DNA of 64,000 bases from Eledone cirrhosa (taxonomy: Eukaryota): positions 154,194,001 through 154,258,000 of the forward strand of contig OZ024741.1 in the NCBI GenBank assembly GCA_964016885.1, in the 5' to 3' direction. Each line of letters begins with the position of its first letter. Within the stretch, counting starts at the first letter, position 1. A program made the position numbers and the translations under genes. The notes under the pieces were generated by a model. The model did not search any database. It was not told the origin of the DNA and worked only from the letters and a program-made list of their open reading frames with translations. Below are positions 13,886-64,000 of the stretch, one piece after another.

Positions 13886-14100
13886 TCAACAGAGCAGTCT
13901 TTTGTATGAAAGCAATTTGTGATTCATGGTATGAGAGCAAAGTGAATCAGAGCTGAAGTGGCATTGGTTACATGTCCAGTTTAAGAAACTTTCGGCTTGA
14001 ACCTTAGTAATACCAACACAGCTCCTGTGATAGCTTAGGCTACACAAGTGACATTTGATGGTCTTCAAATATTGACTTGTAAGGGAGCAAAAACACAGTT
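13886..14100 (-). mobile_element. PHD-finger coding remnant, probably from a non-LTR retrotransposon
   Basis: CFC...IKCHLCSLSYHRSCVGITKVQAESFLNWTCNQC gives C4HC3 spacing. No splice sites recognised; the flanks are decayed. Confidence 0.6.
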
Positions 14101-14956
14101 TGGTGGTGAGTTGGCAGCATCTGAGGGGTCAAAATTAGAATTAGGATTCAGGCGAGGTAGAAAAGACAGTGGGAGTAGGTTAGCGATAGGAGGTAAAGGG
14201 AGGAACTGGATGAACAATATTAATTCTGGCAGTGGGACTCGGTTATGCGGAACGTGACTTTGGAAGCAAGTTAGCTGTTACGACTGAAGCCGACAATGTA
14301 GGGGGAGAGATAGGAGTATACAGTTAGCTCCCTTGGGATGTTGGAGAATGGCAGGATGAAGGCTGATAGGATGTTACAAAATCTTATAACCATGTGGGTC
14401 TCCTGGTCACTCGGTGCATGACCTTAGAATAATTTAGATTTAAATCTAAATATGGAAAAAAAAAATTTGTAATTTAATAAATGAAAAATAACAAAATTAT
14501 ACATTTAAAAAAATTTTATTCAGCAATATTTTTTAATTTTAATTAATTTATTTTCTTTTGTTAATTAAAGAAGACAGTTTTATAGAAATACATTTCATGC
14601 ACAAATATCTCTTCATTATTCACTGTAGATATTTCTGAAGATAGGTTTCAAAATTAGATGAGAGAGAGAAAGAGGGACAGACAGGGAGAAAGGGAAAGTG
14701 AGAGTGTGTATAACAAAAAGGAGCAGGTGATGGAGGAGGTGTTTATAGAAGCAAAAGAAACAAAGGGGAGGAGTGAGTGATGGTACTGGTGGTGGGAGTA
14801 GGCAAAAAAATGGTGAACGAGGAGGAATGGTTGTTTGAAGCGGTCACAAATGCTGTATTATTTATATTTTATCTGTTTGTTACTAGATAAATGCAGTGTA
14901 GAAAGAAGCTACTGCAAACACAGCCTTCTGGAATACTTTGGTAAAATATCCTTACC

Positions 14957-14987
<31 letters not shown>

Positions 14988-17900
14988 ACGGAAGGCATAA
15001 AGCCTAGTGAAAAGCATAAATGCTCTGTATTTCCTTATATGGCAATTAGATAGTTTTGAGTTGCGGTGAAAGAATTTTAACGATAAAAGGTTAGAGATGA
15101 TCTTTAGTGTCACTACTTTGTTAGTTTAATGTGAATTATCTCTTAACATCTTGTAATGATTTAGCAGAGAACATATGAAAATGGGTTAATTAATTCAAAT
15201 ATATAGTATTTTTACTAGTGAACAGAACATGTGAAAATTTACAGTATTAAAGAACTTAAATATTTAATGCGATGCAATCATAGCAGTTTTGTAGTTTTTG
15301 AGAATGTCTTGCTAATATGGCTTAAAAGTTAAGATGAATTAAGATAGGCATATGACATTTGTGGAGAATTCTGTAACAACACAAACATTTATGTACAGTG
15401 ACAACACAAAGATAGACAAAACATACAAGCTGAATCTGGTTGGTTCTCTTCTTTTAGTCTGTATTATTATTATTATTACTTTTGTATGAAGGTGTGTGGC
15501 TGAGTGGATAGGGGTGTTTGACTCATGATTATATGAGAGTTTGATCCTTAGAGCAGGCCACATGTATCCTTGAGCAAGACACTTCATTTCATGCTGCACC
15601 AGTCCACTCAGCTAGAAAAAATGAGTTGCAACAGCACTGGTGTCCAAGCTATATCATCCTTTGATTTTCTCTTGGATAACATTAGTGGCATGTATGGGTG
15701 ACTGCTGATCTTCCTTAAAACACTTTGCACCTTTGAAAGTAAGAACCTATGGTCAGTCTTGCCCCAAAGAATCCTGTATATATTATTATTATTTTTATTT
15801 CTAACAAAAGAAGTATATGAAAAATAAATATGGGTTCTTTTACTGATAACCCCCCCAAAAAAAGAAAAAATGCTTACAGGTCATTTTGGTGATCTGAGGA
15901 AAACATACAATGTAAGGTGCACTGACTACTTAACTAGTAGGTTCCACCTGTGTGAAAGATGATAACTCTAAATGTTTTTCATGATTTATATGTTGTGTTA
16001 TAATAATTATATATTTAATATTTTTATCCAACTTTAATCAGTCTATTGTATAACATCCTTGCCCCTACCCTCATTTCTACATAACTGTCTATCCAGCCCC
16101 AAAGTATTGTAACCCCTATGTTTAAAATGTTTACTATATTCTATGCACAAGCCTTTGTGGTTAATAAGAAAAAAAAAGATTATCGTTATTATTACTGTTG
16201 CTATTCATTTTTATGGAAAAACATGCAGAAAGCTTGAGTGTGTGTGCGTGTGCACGTGCATAGCTACAGAAGATTTAAGAAGAAAAAATGAGGCTATCCA
16301 AAACAAAATTACTTTTACCATTATTTATTAAGACTTCTTTTTTTGTAGGAAGATAATCTAATAATTGAATGTAATTCATGTGTCAATTAGCAGTACATGT
16401 TTGGAAGTTTCACATTATTTGGTGACTTATTTGATACCTGTTACAGAACTTCATTTATCTATCAATAATTCTCATTATATAACTAGCTTTTCACCAAGAT
16501 GAAAGGATTAATATAATTTACATTGTGTAATCTCTATTTGTCCATCACACTTGGAATGTCAAACATATTCTCACTTATTTAATGTACTAATATATATACA
16601 AACACAAATATATATATATATATATATACAGACACATATACATACACACACACATATATATATACATATATATATAAACACACACAGTGAGAAACGCGGA
16701 CATACTAAATAATAGAACTTATGAATGAAGACTGATTGCTTATAGTGATTGTATTAGTAGAGTTTTCTTTTAAACTTTTTATTTTGACAAATGGAATATT
16801 AACTATAGAAAAAAATATATATATATTTCCATTTTCTTTTCTGACTTGTTTTTTCTCAAATCACCACATTTTTTAACCCTTTCAATTCCAAACCATTGAC
16901 CCCCCCCCCTCTTTTACGATACAAAACTGTTTATTCTAAAGTATTTATATTTATCTAAAAACCTTCAGTCATATTTTTATGCAAGAACCTTTATAATGAA
17001 AAAGTTAGTTATATTACAAAATCCCTCCAAATTCTTGATTATTTTCAAAATTCCTTGAAAATACAAAATATCTTTCATTAGAAATATAACGAAAGGTTTA
17101 CCTCTATATTTTTAGTGGCTGAGCATAAATGATGTTATGAATTCTTTTAATCAAATGCAGCTGTAGTAAATTCTAATGTTATTTATGTATATATTTTTTA
17201 TTGACTCTTATTTTAGGTTAATCATTATTTTTATTTTAACAATTAGTAACCATTTCCTTATTTTTCATTAGCACCATAAAATTTAAATAAAACTAAAATA
17301 ATTATGTTTTTTATGTAACAGTTTATTTTAAAATGTTTATATTTATTTAAAAACCATCCATTATAATTCTATGTAAGAACATTTGTTAAGTTATGTTTCA
17401 AAGACCAACTTAATAAGTAAGTTATATTACTATATCTCTACAAATTCTTAAATTATTTTTCCAAAATGATTTGAAAATTAAAGGCAGGGTCTTTCATTAG
17501 AAATATGGCAACGAAAGGGTTAAAGTAATTATGTTTATCTAAATACCTTCCATTATAATTCTATGCAAGAACATTTGTTATGTTTCAAACACCAACTTAA
17601 TAAGAAAATTAATTATATTACTAAATCTCTATAAATTTTAAAATTATTTTTCAAAAATGTGAAAATCAAAGGCAGTGCCTTTCATTACAAATATAGTAAT
17701 GAAAGGATTAACAGATATTTTGTAGCCATCATATACAAGAGTCTTCATGATTTAAGACAATGTATTGCAATATAAAGCTTGTTGACTTTAGATAACGCAT
17801 AATATAATTATCATAGCTTCTTTTCTTCTGCCATGAATTGTGATTGACAGATAGCATCAGTAATGAAAGACCAATGGAAGTATAGTTTCCTTGGTCCCAT

Positions 17901-20900
17901 CTGACAATTAGCTCCTTTTCTGTTCTATAGCATGAAGTTAACCAAAAAAATATCGATAATGAGTCAACAAAACAACAACAAAAAATATATGAAATAACAA
18001 AACAACAACAAAAACATTAAAAAAAAGAAATTAATAAAAAAAAATTCTTTTGCAGCAGTCTTTTCTTTCTTTTTCATTTTAATTACTGGCCATCTTCAGA
18101 GAAGCATACATAATTGTAAAGATAATATTCATATTACATACAGTAAACTACCAGGGACATCAATATATAGTCAGGGTTAAAAGAATTCTCTTCTTACTAT
18201 TCAACATAACATAATATTAATAATAGTTTCTAATTTTGGCACAAGGCTAAGGGAAAAATCGATTATATCGACCCCCAGTACTTGACTGGTACTTTATTTT
18301 ATTAACCCCAAATACAAAGTTGACTTTGTTGGGATTTTAACTTAGAACATAAAGAGCCATTACCAAATACTATGAAGCATTGTGCCAAGTACTCAAATGA
18401 TTCTGCCAATCTACCGCCTTAATAATTGTTTCTACTTTTGGCACAAGGCCAGCAATTACCCAGTGTATTACTGGTACTTTATTTTATCGACCCCGTAAGG
18501 ATGAAAGGCAAAGGTAACCTTGGCGGGATTTGAACTCAGAATGGAAAGGGCCGTAACTCTTTGCATCAAAGCATGGTGTCCGACCCTCTACCGATACTGC
18601 CAATCCACTGGAAAGTGACACAAAGTGAACAATATTGAAGGACCATACTAGGAGAAAGGACAAGAATTTTTCTCATTCTAGACTATTTTATTTCCATCCT
18701 TCTCCCACCAGAAATAAAGTTGCTCTTGGGGTCTGAACTCTGAATATAGCAGAAAAGAGCCAAATGGTACCTGGTACTTTACTGATCCTGACACTTGACA
18801 CTTACTGCCCTATCATAATAATATCTAATTTTGGCATAAGGCCAGCCATTGTTAAGGAGATGGGGAAAGTCGATTATACCAACCTCAATACTTTACTGAT
18901 ACTTTATTTTAGCAATTCCTGGAAGGATGAAAGACAAAGTTGATGTTGACATGATTTGAATTCAGAATGTAAAGGGTTGTAAGAAAATACTGCAAAGCAT
19001 TTTGTCCAACACTAACGATTTTGCCAAACCATCACCCTTAATAATTTTAACACAGATACAAGATCAGCAATTTTGGGATAGAAGAGTAAGTCGATTATAT
19101 TGGCTTTAGTACTTTATTTTATTGACCCCAGAAAGGTTGAAAGGCCAAGTTGCTTTGGTAGGATTTGAATTCAGAATATAAAAGGCCAGAACAAATACTG
19201 TACAGCAATATTTTATTTGATGCTCTCTTGATTCTGCCACTAATTTTCCCCACTGCTCTCTAATAATAAGAATTTCTAACATAGGCACAAAGCCTGACAT
19301 TTTGGGGGAGGCTTTAGGCTTTAGTCAATTAAATAAACCTTAGTATGTGACTGGTACTATATTTTATTGACCCTGAAAGGATGAAAGGTAAAGCCTTTGG
19401 TGGAATTTGAGCTCAAACTGTAATTTGAAGCTTATTTGTTTTTATTATGAAAAGCTACTACAATTCATATAACTACAAAATAATCTAATAAATTGTCCAC
19501 CTTAATATATGGATTGTGGCAGCTTTTCATTATACAAGCAAATACATTTAAAATTTTAAACTTGCCCAATTTATTCATAAACTTATCGGTTTATTAATAA
19601 TATTTATAATGGCCATTATTTCTATAACAAGATAAATCAACTGAACAGACAGGCTGACTAAAGACAATAAGATATATGTCACTTTCCTCGGCAGTATCGC
19701 ACCACCTAATGTCTCTCAAGCAGGAATTTTCCCTATAAAAGAAACTTTTACATATCAAATTTGTGGCTGTAATTCAAAGGGCCAGCCTTGTTACACATTG
19801 TGTCATGCTGAATATCCCTACATTAAGGGTGCACGTTTGTGGAATGCTCAGCTACTTGCATGTCAATTTCACAAGCAGGTTGTTCTGTTGATCAAACAAC
19901 TGGTACACTTAGCGTCAGAACTGACAGAAGTCCAACACACACACACACAAAATCAAATTTTCTCTTTCCAAAAATACTTTGCTGAATACATTAACCTTTT
20001 AAGCACCAAATTACAATACTTCAGCAGCAGTGAATTAAAGAATGCACAGTTATGCCTCAAAATTGGGATTTTTTTTCTTTAAAATAAAAAGTGAAAAATT
20101 CAATTTTGTGCTACAAATTACGTTTTTGATTGAAATTTTTTTTCAATAAAATAAATTATTTGAAACCAATAAATATAAGTTTTAAAAATATACAAAATTT
20201 AATAATAAAGATGTCAGCTCTTGAATTTAAATTATTGAAATGAAAACAAAATAAAAAATTCAGATAAAATAAAAATAAAGAAATATTTAAAATAGAATTA
20301 TTTGTACAGGTACTGAACCATTTATCTGGGTTCTGGAAACATGGAAAATCTTGAAAATCCACTATTTTTGAAACTCTTAAATAAAACTATCTTTATCTTT
20401 CATCTTAATTTCCATCCTACATATTATTGTAGTACAGATTTTATATACAGGTGTTTTAAGAATTGTATCACTGTACCATTCATTTTTTGGTGAAATATAT
20501 TGTATCTGAATTAATGAAAAAAATTGGAGAGACTTACTAAAATTATTATTTTATCAAGATGAGATTTGTAACATAAAAAAAGGTTTTTATCTCAAATTAT
20601 GTTGGAAGATTTTAATTTAAGTTGGAACCCTTTAAAATGATTTCGTTTTAGAGAACTATAAGAGGTTTTGGGCAGGTTGGTATCAACAAGGTTATAGTTC
20701 CCATCGCATCTCTACTTGAATATCTCTCATGGACCTCTCTGTAAATTATTGCTATCTTTTATTATTTTGATTTTGGTCCAAACCTAATGTTTTTGGTAAG
20801 GTTTTATTTAGAAATGATTATTCTACAACATTCCTAGCTATGAAATAGATTAATATAAGAAGCAAAGCAGCAGCTCAGACAGTGGCTGGCAAATGTTTTG

Positions 20901-21582
20901 TACCTTTATCTGTTAAATAAATTTATGTTCTTGATTTTTCTTTGTTTAGATTTCATCCTATATATTATACCTATACAGATATCTTAGGAATTTTAAATGG
21001 ATTAATCATGATCAAACAGAATCTGTTTTATATCTGTTTTGTTCTTTACTTCTCACTATTCATTTTATATGTTAAATATACATTTAGCCTGTATCCTGAA
21101 ATCCAGCAAATCTAGAACTACAGACCAGACTGGCTCCCAAATTGTTGGATAAATGGTTCAGTATTTGTATTGATCTGCAATTTATTTATATATTTTTTTT
21201 GTTTTCAAGTTTAATTTTTGAAAACAAATTTGGAAGACTTTTGCATTTGGTTCCTGCAAAATTCCATTGAGGTCAGCAGCAGAAAGATAAAAGTAAGAAT
21301 TAAGAAGACTTTAGATATTCCAGAAGATCATGCAAAGAACATTTAAAGCCAGTTAATCAGTTCTATTAACAAATTATTAAAGAATTAAAAAAAATAATTA
21401 TAAAAATTATAATCACCTATTAATGAAATTGGCAGCATTTTTGGTTAGTAAATGTTTTAAATAATTTAACAAGCCTGTTAATTCTTCCAAATTGTATGAT
21501 CTTCAGAAGATTCATTATCTTCAGATAATTAAAACCTTTAGAAAGTCAGTTTTTTTTTTCCTTTTTAAAACTTTGTTGTAAA

Positions 21583-22458
21583 ACAGTTTAGCAATCACAT
21601 TACAATAGTTGATGTAAAACAGCTTAACAATCAATACAATTGTTGACATAAAACAGTTTAGCAATCAACATAATTGTTGACATAAACAGTTTAGCAATCA
21701 ACATAGTTAAATGTTGAAAGAAAACAATAGCAATTAACATAGTTGAATGACACAAAGCAGTTCAGTCAACATAATTAACTGTTGACACAAAATAGTTTAG
21801 CCATCAACTTAGTTAAATGTTGATATAAAACAGATTAACCATCAACATAATTAACTGTTGACACAAAATAGTTTAGCCATCAACTTAGTTAAATGTTGAT
21901 ATAAAACAGATTAACCATCAACATAATTAAATGTTGACACAAAACAGTTTAGCCATCAACTTAGTTAAATGTTGATACAAAACAGATTAACCATCAACAT
22001 AATTAAATGTTGACACAAAACAGTTTAGCCATCAACTTAGTTAAATGTTGATATAAAATAGATTAACCATCAACATAATTAAATGTTGACACAAAACAGT
22101 TTAGCCATCAACTTAGTTAAATGTTGATACAAAACAGATTAACCATCAACATAATTAAATGTTGACACAAAACAGTTTAGCCATCAACTTAGTTAAATGT
22201 TGATACAAAACAGATTAACCATCAACATAATTAAATGTTGACACAAAACAGTTTAGCCATCAACTTAGTTAAATGTTGATACAAAACAGATTAACCATCA
22301 ACATAATTAAATGTTGACACAGAAAAGTTTAGCCATCAACTTAGTTAAATGTTGATACAAAACAGATTAACCATCAACATAATTAAATGTTGACACAAAA
22401 CAGTTTAGCCATCAACTTAGTTAAATGTTGATACAAAACAGTTTAGCCATCAACTTAA
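21583..22458. repeat. Minisatellite: 38-bp monomer forming a 76-bp A/B higher-order repeat
   Basis: aaatgttgacacaaaacagtttagccatcaacttagtt alternates with aaatgttgatacaaaacagattaaccatcaacataatt (A units at 22081 and 22157). Confidence 0.95.
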
Positions 22459-23527
22459 ATGGAAACGTCACCAAACAGGAGACAACGTTGATATCATCAA
22501 CTACACAAGCCAGAAGATGATGAAGATGAAAAAAAAAAAAGAATACATCTTCACTTATAATTCTTGATATACACTAAAAATTGACAGTGGGTTCTGGTGG
22601 AACAAGGGTTAATTCTAGTTCTGGAAGCTGTTCAAAAATATCCGATTAATGGTTGGCATTTTTTAAAAAAGTATCTCTGACAAATACTCTATTCAACTTT
22701 ACAGGAAGTGTACAGACATTCATATTTCCAGACATTGTCATGGTTTATCCCTCAAATATGTAATTAATATAGAAGTCAGTTAAGGTAAAAAAACCCAAAA
22801 AACCCCAAAAAACAAAAAACCATTAAGCTACCTTCAAAGAAAAAAAAATTCAGAAGGTAGAAAGTAAAAAGAAAAATAATTAAAACGATATATATATATA
22901 TATATATATACTAATAAGGTAGAATTTGAGGGTATATGCGAGGCAACAAAACATTATTTCCCAACATAAAATAGGATTTAGGAGTATATGTGAGGCAACA
23001 CCCAGTTAACTGCTCAGCTATTGTTAGAAAAAGATTGCTTATTAGGTAGAAAACTCAGGTGAGTGATACAAGGCTCTAATGATGATGATGATGAGGAGGA
23101 AGAGGAGTGGGGCCTGTAGAAAGAAAGTCCTGTGAACTGACAAGAAGGGGGGGGGGAGAGAGAGAGAGAGGAATTGAGGAAACAGAACAATGTCACGGAT
23201 TGAACTAAGAATTTTGACAGAGCTATAGCAAAGAGTGGTGGTGCAAGTGGGGACAGTCACCCTCTGGTCTATCGTAACTTAATTAATTTTTATGTGTGTG
23301 TGTGGGGTAGGGGGGTTACCACAAGTCTCTTCCGACTCCTCTCACCAGGTGCTGAGAGGCCTTGTTATGTCAATGGTATGACATAACTGAGGAATTGAAT
23401 AATGACTAGAGAAGGAAGCTTGGATAGAAAAAAGGAAAGGGGCCAATCATCAAAAAGGATCATGAAAATGTTTTCATTCATCTTTCCATTGCTGATACTG
23501 TCTGCTAATCACAACCCGAGGCAGAAG

Positions 23528-23573
<46 letters not shown>

Positions 23574-23653
23574 GTAAACAGAATATATGTCCCAGGTTCA
23601 ATCGGGGGTAACCACAGTAAGTAAGGTACTCAATACATTAGTAGAGTGTATAC

Positions 23654-23793
23654 AACAAATTTAATATAGAAATAGCTTCTACAGGATTAGAAATGTTTCA
23701 TTCAAAGGAAATCATCAGGAAAGCTTTCCTGATTATTTCCTTCGAATGAAACAGCTCTGGTCCTGTAGCAACCATTTCTATATTAAATTTGTT
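23654..23793. ncRNA. Head-to-head pair of degenerate hammerhead cores forming a ~140-bp imperfect palindrome
   Basis: Minus copy CTGATGA TTTC cttt GAAT GAAAC; plus copy CTGATTA TTTC cttc GAAT GAAAC...GTC. Centre GGAAAGCTTTCC. Confidence 0.6.
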
Positions 23794-24500
23794 TTATATA
23801 TATATGGAAAGGAAGAGATCATCGTATTAGACCAAAGAAACTGTTTCCATTTGTCCAGCCATTGTGGATACTGATTGCCATTTGCAACTTGTGACTGAAG
23901 GAAGTGAGATTTGAACTCAGTATACAGAGTTAGATCAGACACCACAAAGCATTCTCTACAACTTTTTAACAATCTCACCAATTCATCATGACTAGACTGA
24001 TACATTGTTTATATTTATTGATTTGTGAAAAGATGAAAGGCAAAGCTAACTTCAACAGCATTTGAACTCAGAGTGCAGTAAACCAGAAGAAATACTCAGG
24101 CAAGTTGATCTGATACCCTAAGGACATCCTTGTTAGTTTGCTCGATATGAACAGAAATATAGCCATAAAAAAAGTTTGACTTTGACTTTCTGGAAAAACT
24201 CCTAATTTAATACTGTCAAATAGCAGAAATGGATAGTGAAGAAAAAAACCCCCAAAAACTATTGCTGGTGCCCCAGCATGGCCACAGTTCATTGGCTGGA
24301 ACAGGTAAAAGAGTAAAGATGCATTAGCTGGAAGTATGAGTAGACACTTTACAGAGGAGAAAGATTTAAGGTTGGCACTCATAGTAATTGGTTCACCTGA
24401 ATCAAATCATTACAATTTATGTTTCTATCATCATTTTTTTGGTCAAATTTCATTAAAATTGCCAAATTGTTATGATAAATCGGTTTGAATGCATTGTTGG

Positions 24501-24532
<32 letters not shown>

Positions 24533-24750
24533 ATGTGTGTGTATGTATGTATCTATGTATAATAAAGAGAAGGCCTTCATACAGTGACAATAATAAAAAC
24601 AAAAGTTCTTTAAAATGTATTCAAATCAAAATTGAGTCGTGCTGTATATAATTATATTTGGCAGGACTGTGTCATTTTGCCATTTTAATCATAAACACAC
24701 ACATATATATATATATTTATAGTCTTTATCAAAACCAAGTCAGACAAGAC

Positions 24751-24801
24751 TCTTGTCTGATGACCCTGTGAATAAGCGGGCAACATTCCAGAGTAACAAG
24801 A
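24751..24801 (+). ncRNA. Degenerate type I hammerhead (GAAA changed to GCAA)
   Basis: UCUUGU CUGAUGA CC...GG GCAAC...GUA ACAAGA, with a perfect 6-bp stem I. Flanked by short inverted arms (about 24724-24744 / 24803-24823) next to (TA)n. Confidence 0.65.
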
Positions 24802-25858
24802 CTCTGACTTAGTCTTAATAAAGAATGTATTAATTTCTACTATGGTATTGAGCACTCATTCTTGCGACCATCAATGCTAAGCCTGTGTGTATGTGTGTGT
24901 AAAATGTCTGTATATGTCTGTGTTGTGTGTAGGTGAATTGGCAGGCGCTGGTATAGAAATATTCTTAAGACCATCAGATTATATATAAAAATAATGTTTA
25001 GATATACGTGTGTGCACACAGAAGCAAGATAGAGAGGGGCGATATATATGTATACAGACACACACACATATATATATATATTTATTTATATATAGATAAA
25101 TGGATGGATATGTGAATGGACCAATGGATAAAAAGATTAGATAGATAGATAGAGTCAGGGGTGAGGGAGAGAATATGAAAGTAAATGAAGATGATAAAAA
25201 TATTTCTGATGATAGTAGTAGAAAGGGGATCTGGATGTATATGATTAAAGGAAGATATTTGTATGGGAGTGTTGTTGTTTACATGAGACAGAAAAAAAAG
25301 CTGATTTCTTTCATATTTCACATGTTTGCTCATCGAAGGGTTGAAGATAAGCAAGTGAACAGTGCAGTACCTGGGCTGCAGTCCATGTCCTCACAGTCAA
25401 GGGTTGCACTCCTTGCAAATATATATTGGCTCATTTGGCGATTATATTGGTGCATGGATAGCAACACTAGATTTAGTTTGTCTTGATGGAACCAATATGG
25501 ACAACATTATTTTGCGGGTTACTAGGCTTCTTTCTCTTTAGGTTGGCATGCGTCGATGCTGGAATCTCAGCATCATTCTATGTATAGGCTTACACTGATG
25601 TACTTGTAGTTTTCATTCAGATTTTGGCAAGTAGGTGCTAGGGGCCCCCAAATGTTCTCTAACCTGGAGCTCCTAGTTGTTTTAACCCAGCTCTGTCAGA
25701 AACAAACTCTAAAATCTTCTAGAAATAATAAAAATAATATGGGTGAGAGTTTGTAGTCAGCGTAACTTCTAGAACAATTCTCATATCTTTGTCTGATCAT
25801 TATAATAACTACCAATAATTACTGTTTATTCTTTCATGAAATATCTTACAGTTAATTT

Positions 25859-26072
25859 TTAACATCCTGCAATGATTTAGTAGAAAATATCTAAAAATGG
25901 GCTTGTTAAATTAAACGTTTATAATAGTATCTTTACTAGTGGACAGATCGTTGTAAAAAAATTGCAGTATTAGAATAAAAACTTTAATTTTTAATGTGAT
26001 GCAGTCATAGCGATGTTTTATACTTTTCAAGAATGTCTTGCTAATGTGGTTTCATGTGGTACAGGATGTTAA
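25859..26072. mobile_element. Second TTAA-flanked MITE family; copies at about 15143-15335, 59479-59665 and 62860-62990
   Basis: Terminal inverted repeat TTAACATCCTG...CAGGATGTTAA with shared internal sequence. Confidence 0.65.
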
Positions 26073-26545
26073 GAGTTAACAAAGTTTAATTTTAATTTTT
26101 TTCAGGTGACGGGGAGGTTTGGTATTACTTTTATAGTCATGATAATAAAAATAGATAATGGTTAATAATTAAAAAAAAAATGCAGCTAGAAAAATATAAT
26201 TTTCTGATAGCAAATGATATTTTTTTTTATTTTATTTAATTTAAGGGTGTTTTTTTTTTGGTTTTTTTTCGAGAGGGGCATTGCGGGGAGTTTGAAATAG
26301 TTGAAATATCTCAATAAAGAAAATGTAAAACGTATTATAAATGAAAGAAAAATGAAAGGAAAGATGGTGTGAGAGATGAGATGAGAGAGAGAAGAGTGGA
26401 GAAAGAAATATCAAACTTATGAGAGATAGATGAAAAATATGTGAAAAGTGAGATGAGAGATCAGAGGTGAAAGAGATGTAAAAAGTGAGAGTTGGGATGA
26501 GAGAGAGATGTGAGAGAAATGAGAAAGTGATAGAGATGAGGGAGA

Positions 26546-26579
<34 letters not shown>

Positions 26580-27248
26580 GAGAAAGAGATAGAGAAATGA
26601 GAGACAGATGAGAAAGAGATGAGAAAGAGATGAGAGATTGGAGAGATGAGAGAGGCAAGATGAAAAATGACAGATGTGAAATGAGAGGGAAAGTAACGCA
26701 AATGAAAGATAGAAAAAGATGAAGTGAAAATAGATGTGAAAATCTGCTGGATAATAAAATTTATCAAAAATTGGACTCGGATGTATGGTAGAAAACGCAG
26801 TCAGTTTAGAAAAGAGGATTAAAAATAGTAAAAAACAAAAATAATAATAATAATTAATTACTCTTTGAATCCCGCCTCATTTAAAAAATTAAATAATTAA
26901 AACATCAGCAGAAAAACGTTTTAAAGCAATCCCCTTCAGTAATTTTCTCTTTCTTTTATCATTTTTTTCTCCCTGTTAAAACTTTTGAAGTTATTTTTAA
27001 ATATAGTTTATTGCCTACTTTTGGTTGGGATTTTTGGTTTAAATTTAAATATAAAAATTAGACAAAGAAAATATGTTGTCCCTTTTTTTGATTCTTTTGA
27101 AATCTGTACAAATTCCTTACCATTTCTTTAAGATATCTAAAATTCTTTCACTCTTTTTCTTTCTGAAAGAAAAAAAAAGAAACTGAAGCAAAAGAGGGGA
27201 AAGAGTTTATTCCCTTCCTTCTGCTCTACATTTCATTCAATCTAGCAT

Positions 27249-27354
27249 AGTCTGTTGCCTAGTAACAATCCTCAGTTTGTTGCCTAGTAACAAGTCTCAG
27301 TCTGTTGTTGCTTAGTAACAATTCTCAGCTTGTTGTTGCTTAGTAACAATCCCT
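27249..27354. repeat. Four 25-28-bp tandem units, each with an RFX X-box-like motif, just after the Fer stop codon
   Basis: GTTGCCTAGTAAC at 27254 and 27279; GTTGCTTAGTAAC at 27307 and 27335. Confidence 0.85.
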
Positions 27355-27367
27355 AATTTATAAAAAT

Positions 27368-63576
<36,209 letters not shown>

Positions 63577-64000
63577 CTAATGAACAAAATAATAATAATA
63601 CACATATGTACACACATATATATATATTGATAACAATATGGCGTCTTAATAAATGTAAACAAACGTTTTGACAGTGAGTTGTTGGTCTATATGGAAGACA
63701 ATATGTTGAGGTATTTGCTTATAAATGATTGATTTCGATAAGTCCCAATAAGAGACAAAATCATAAATTAATATTTAATGTAAAACCATATTTGGTAATA
63801 CTTTAATGAATAATTTGCTTCATGCGTAATTATTATTTTTAACACATGCTTGTTTGTAACATTTCTCAAGGAAGTATGAAACATAGCATTTTGTACTGGT
63901 TATTATAATAAATTACCGTATTTTGAGCTGTTTTAACTCCACTCTTTCCAGTTTTTATATTATTTAAAAAAAAGAACAACAATATTTTTTCATATATATA

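Noticed and set aside
21583-22458. CRISPR-like array of ~38-bp palindromic units
   Set aside because: The units abut with no unique spacers, there are no cas genes, and the context is eukaryotic. It is a minisatellite.
26360-26700. S/L/H-rich ORFs
   Set aside because: A degenerate (GA)n purine tract.

Overview
AT-rich, microsatellite-dense animal genomic DNA. The SINE, RTE-LINE and (TA)n landscape suggests a coleoid cephalopod such as Octopus (inference). The only host gene I can support is the 3' part of a Fer/Fes/Fps85D-family non-receptor tyrosine kinase on the minus strand. It has coiled-coil/FX exons at 62.1-63.6 kb, SH2 and kinase exons at 27.4-31.8 kb, and three symmetric phase-0 candidate linker exons in between; the F-BAR N-terminus lies beyond the window. 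The rest is transposon debris: CR1/L2-group LINEs nested in an L1/Tx1-like LINE, a PHD-finger remnant, RTE LINEs, two LTRs, mariner, Helitron and Penelope-like remnants, SINEs, MITEs and minisatellites. The most notable signal is a set of eight type I hammerhead-ribozyme or half-hammerhead motifs from mostly unrelated sequence families. Two have intact cores (41081-41207 on +, 50283-50325 on -). Most sit at the junction of head-to-head inverted repeats next to (TA)n tracts, consistent with microsatellite-targeting Penelope-like/retrozyme elements. All calls were made by eye; repeat boundaries are approximate.
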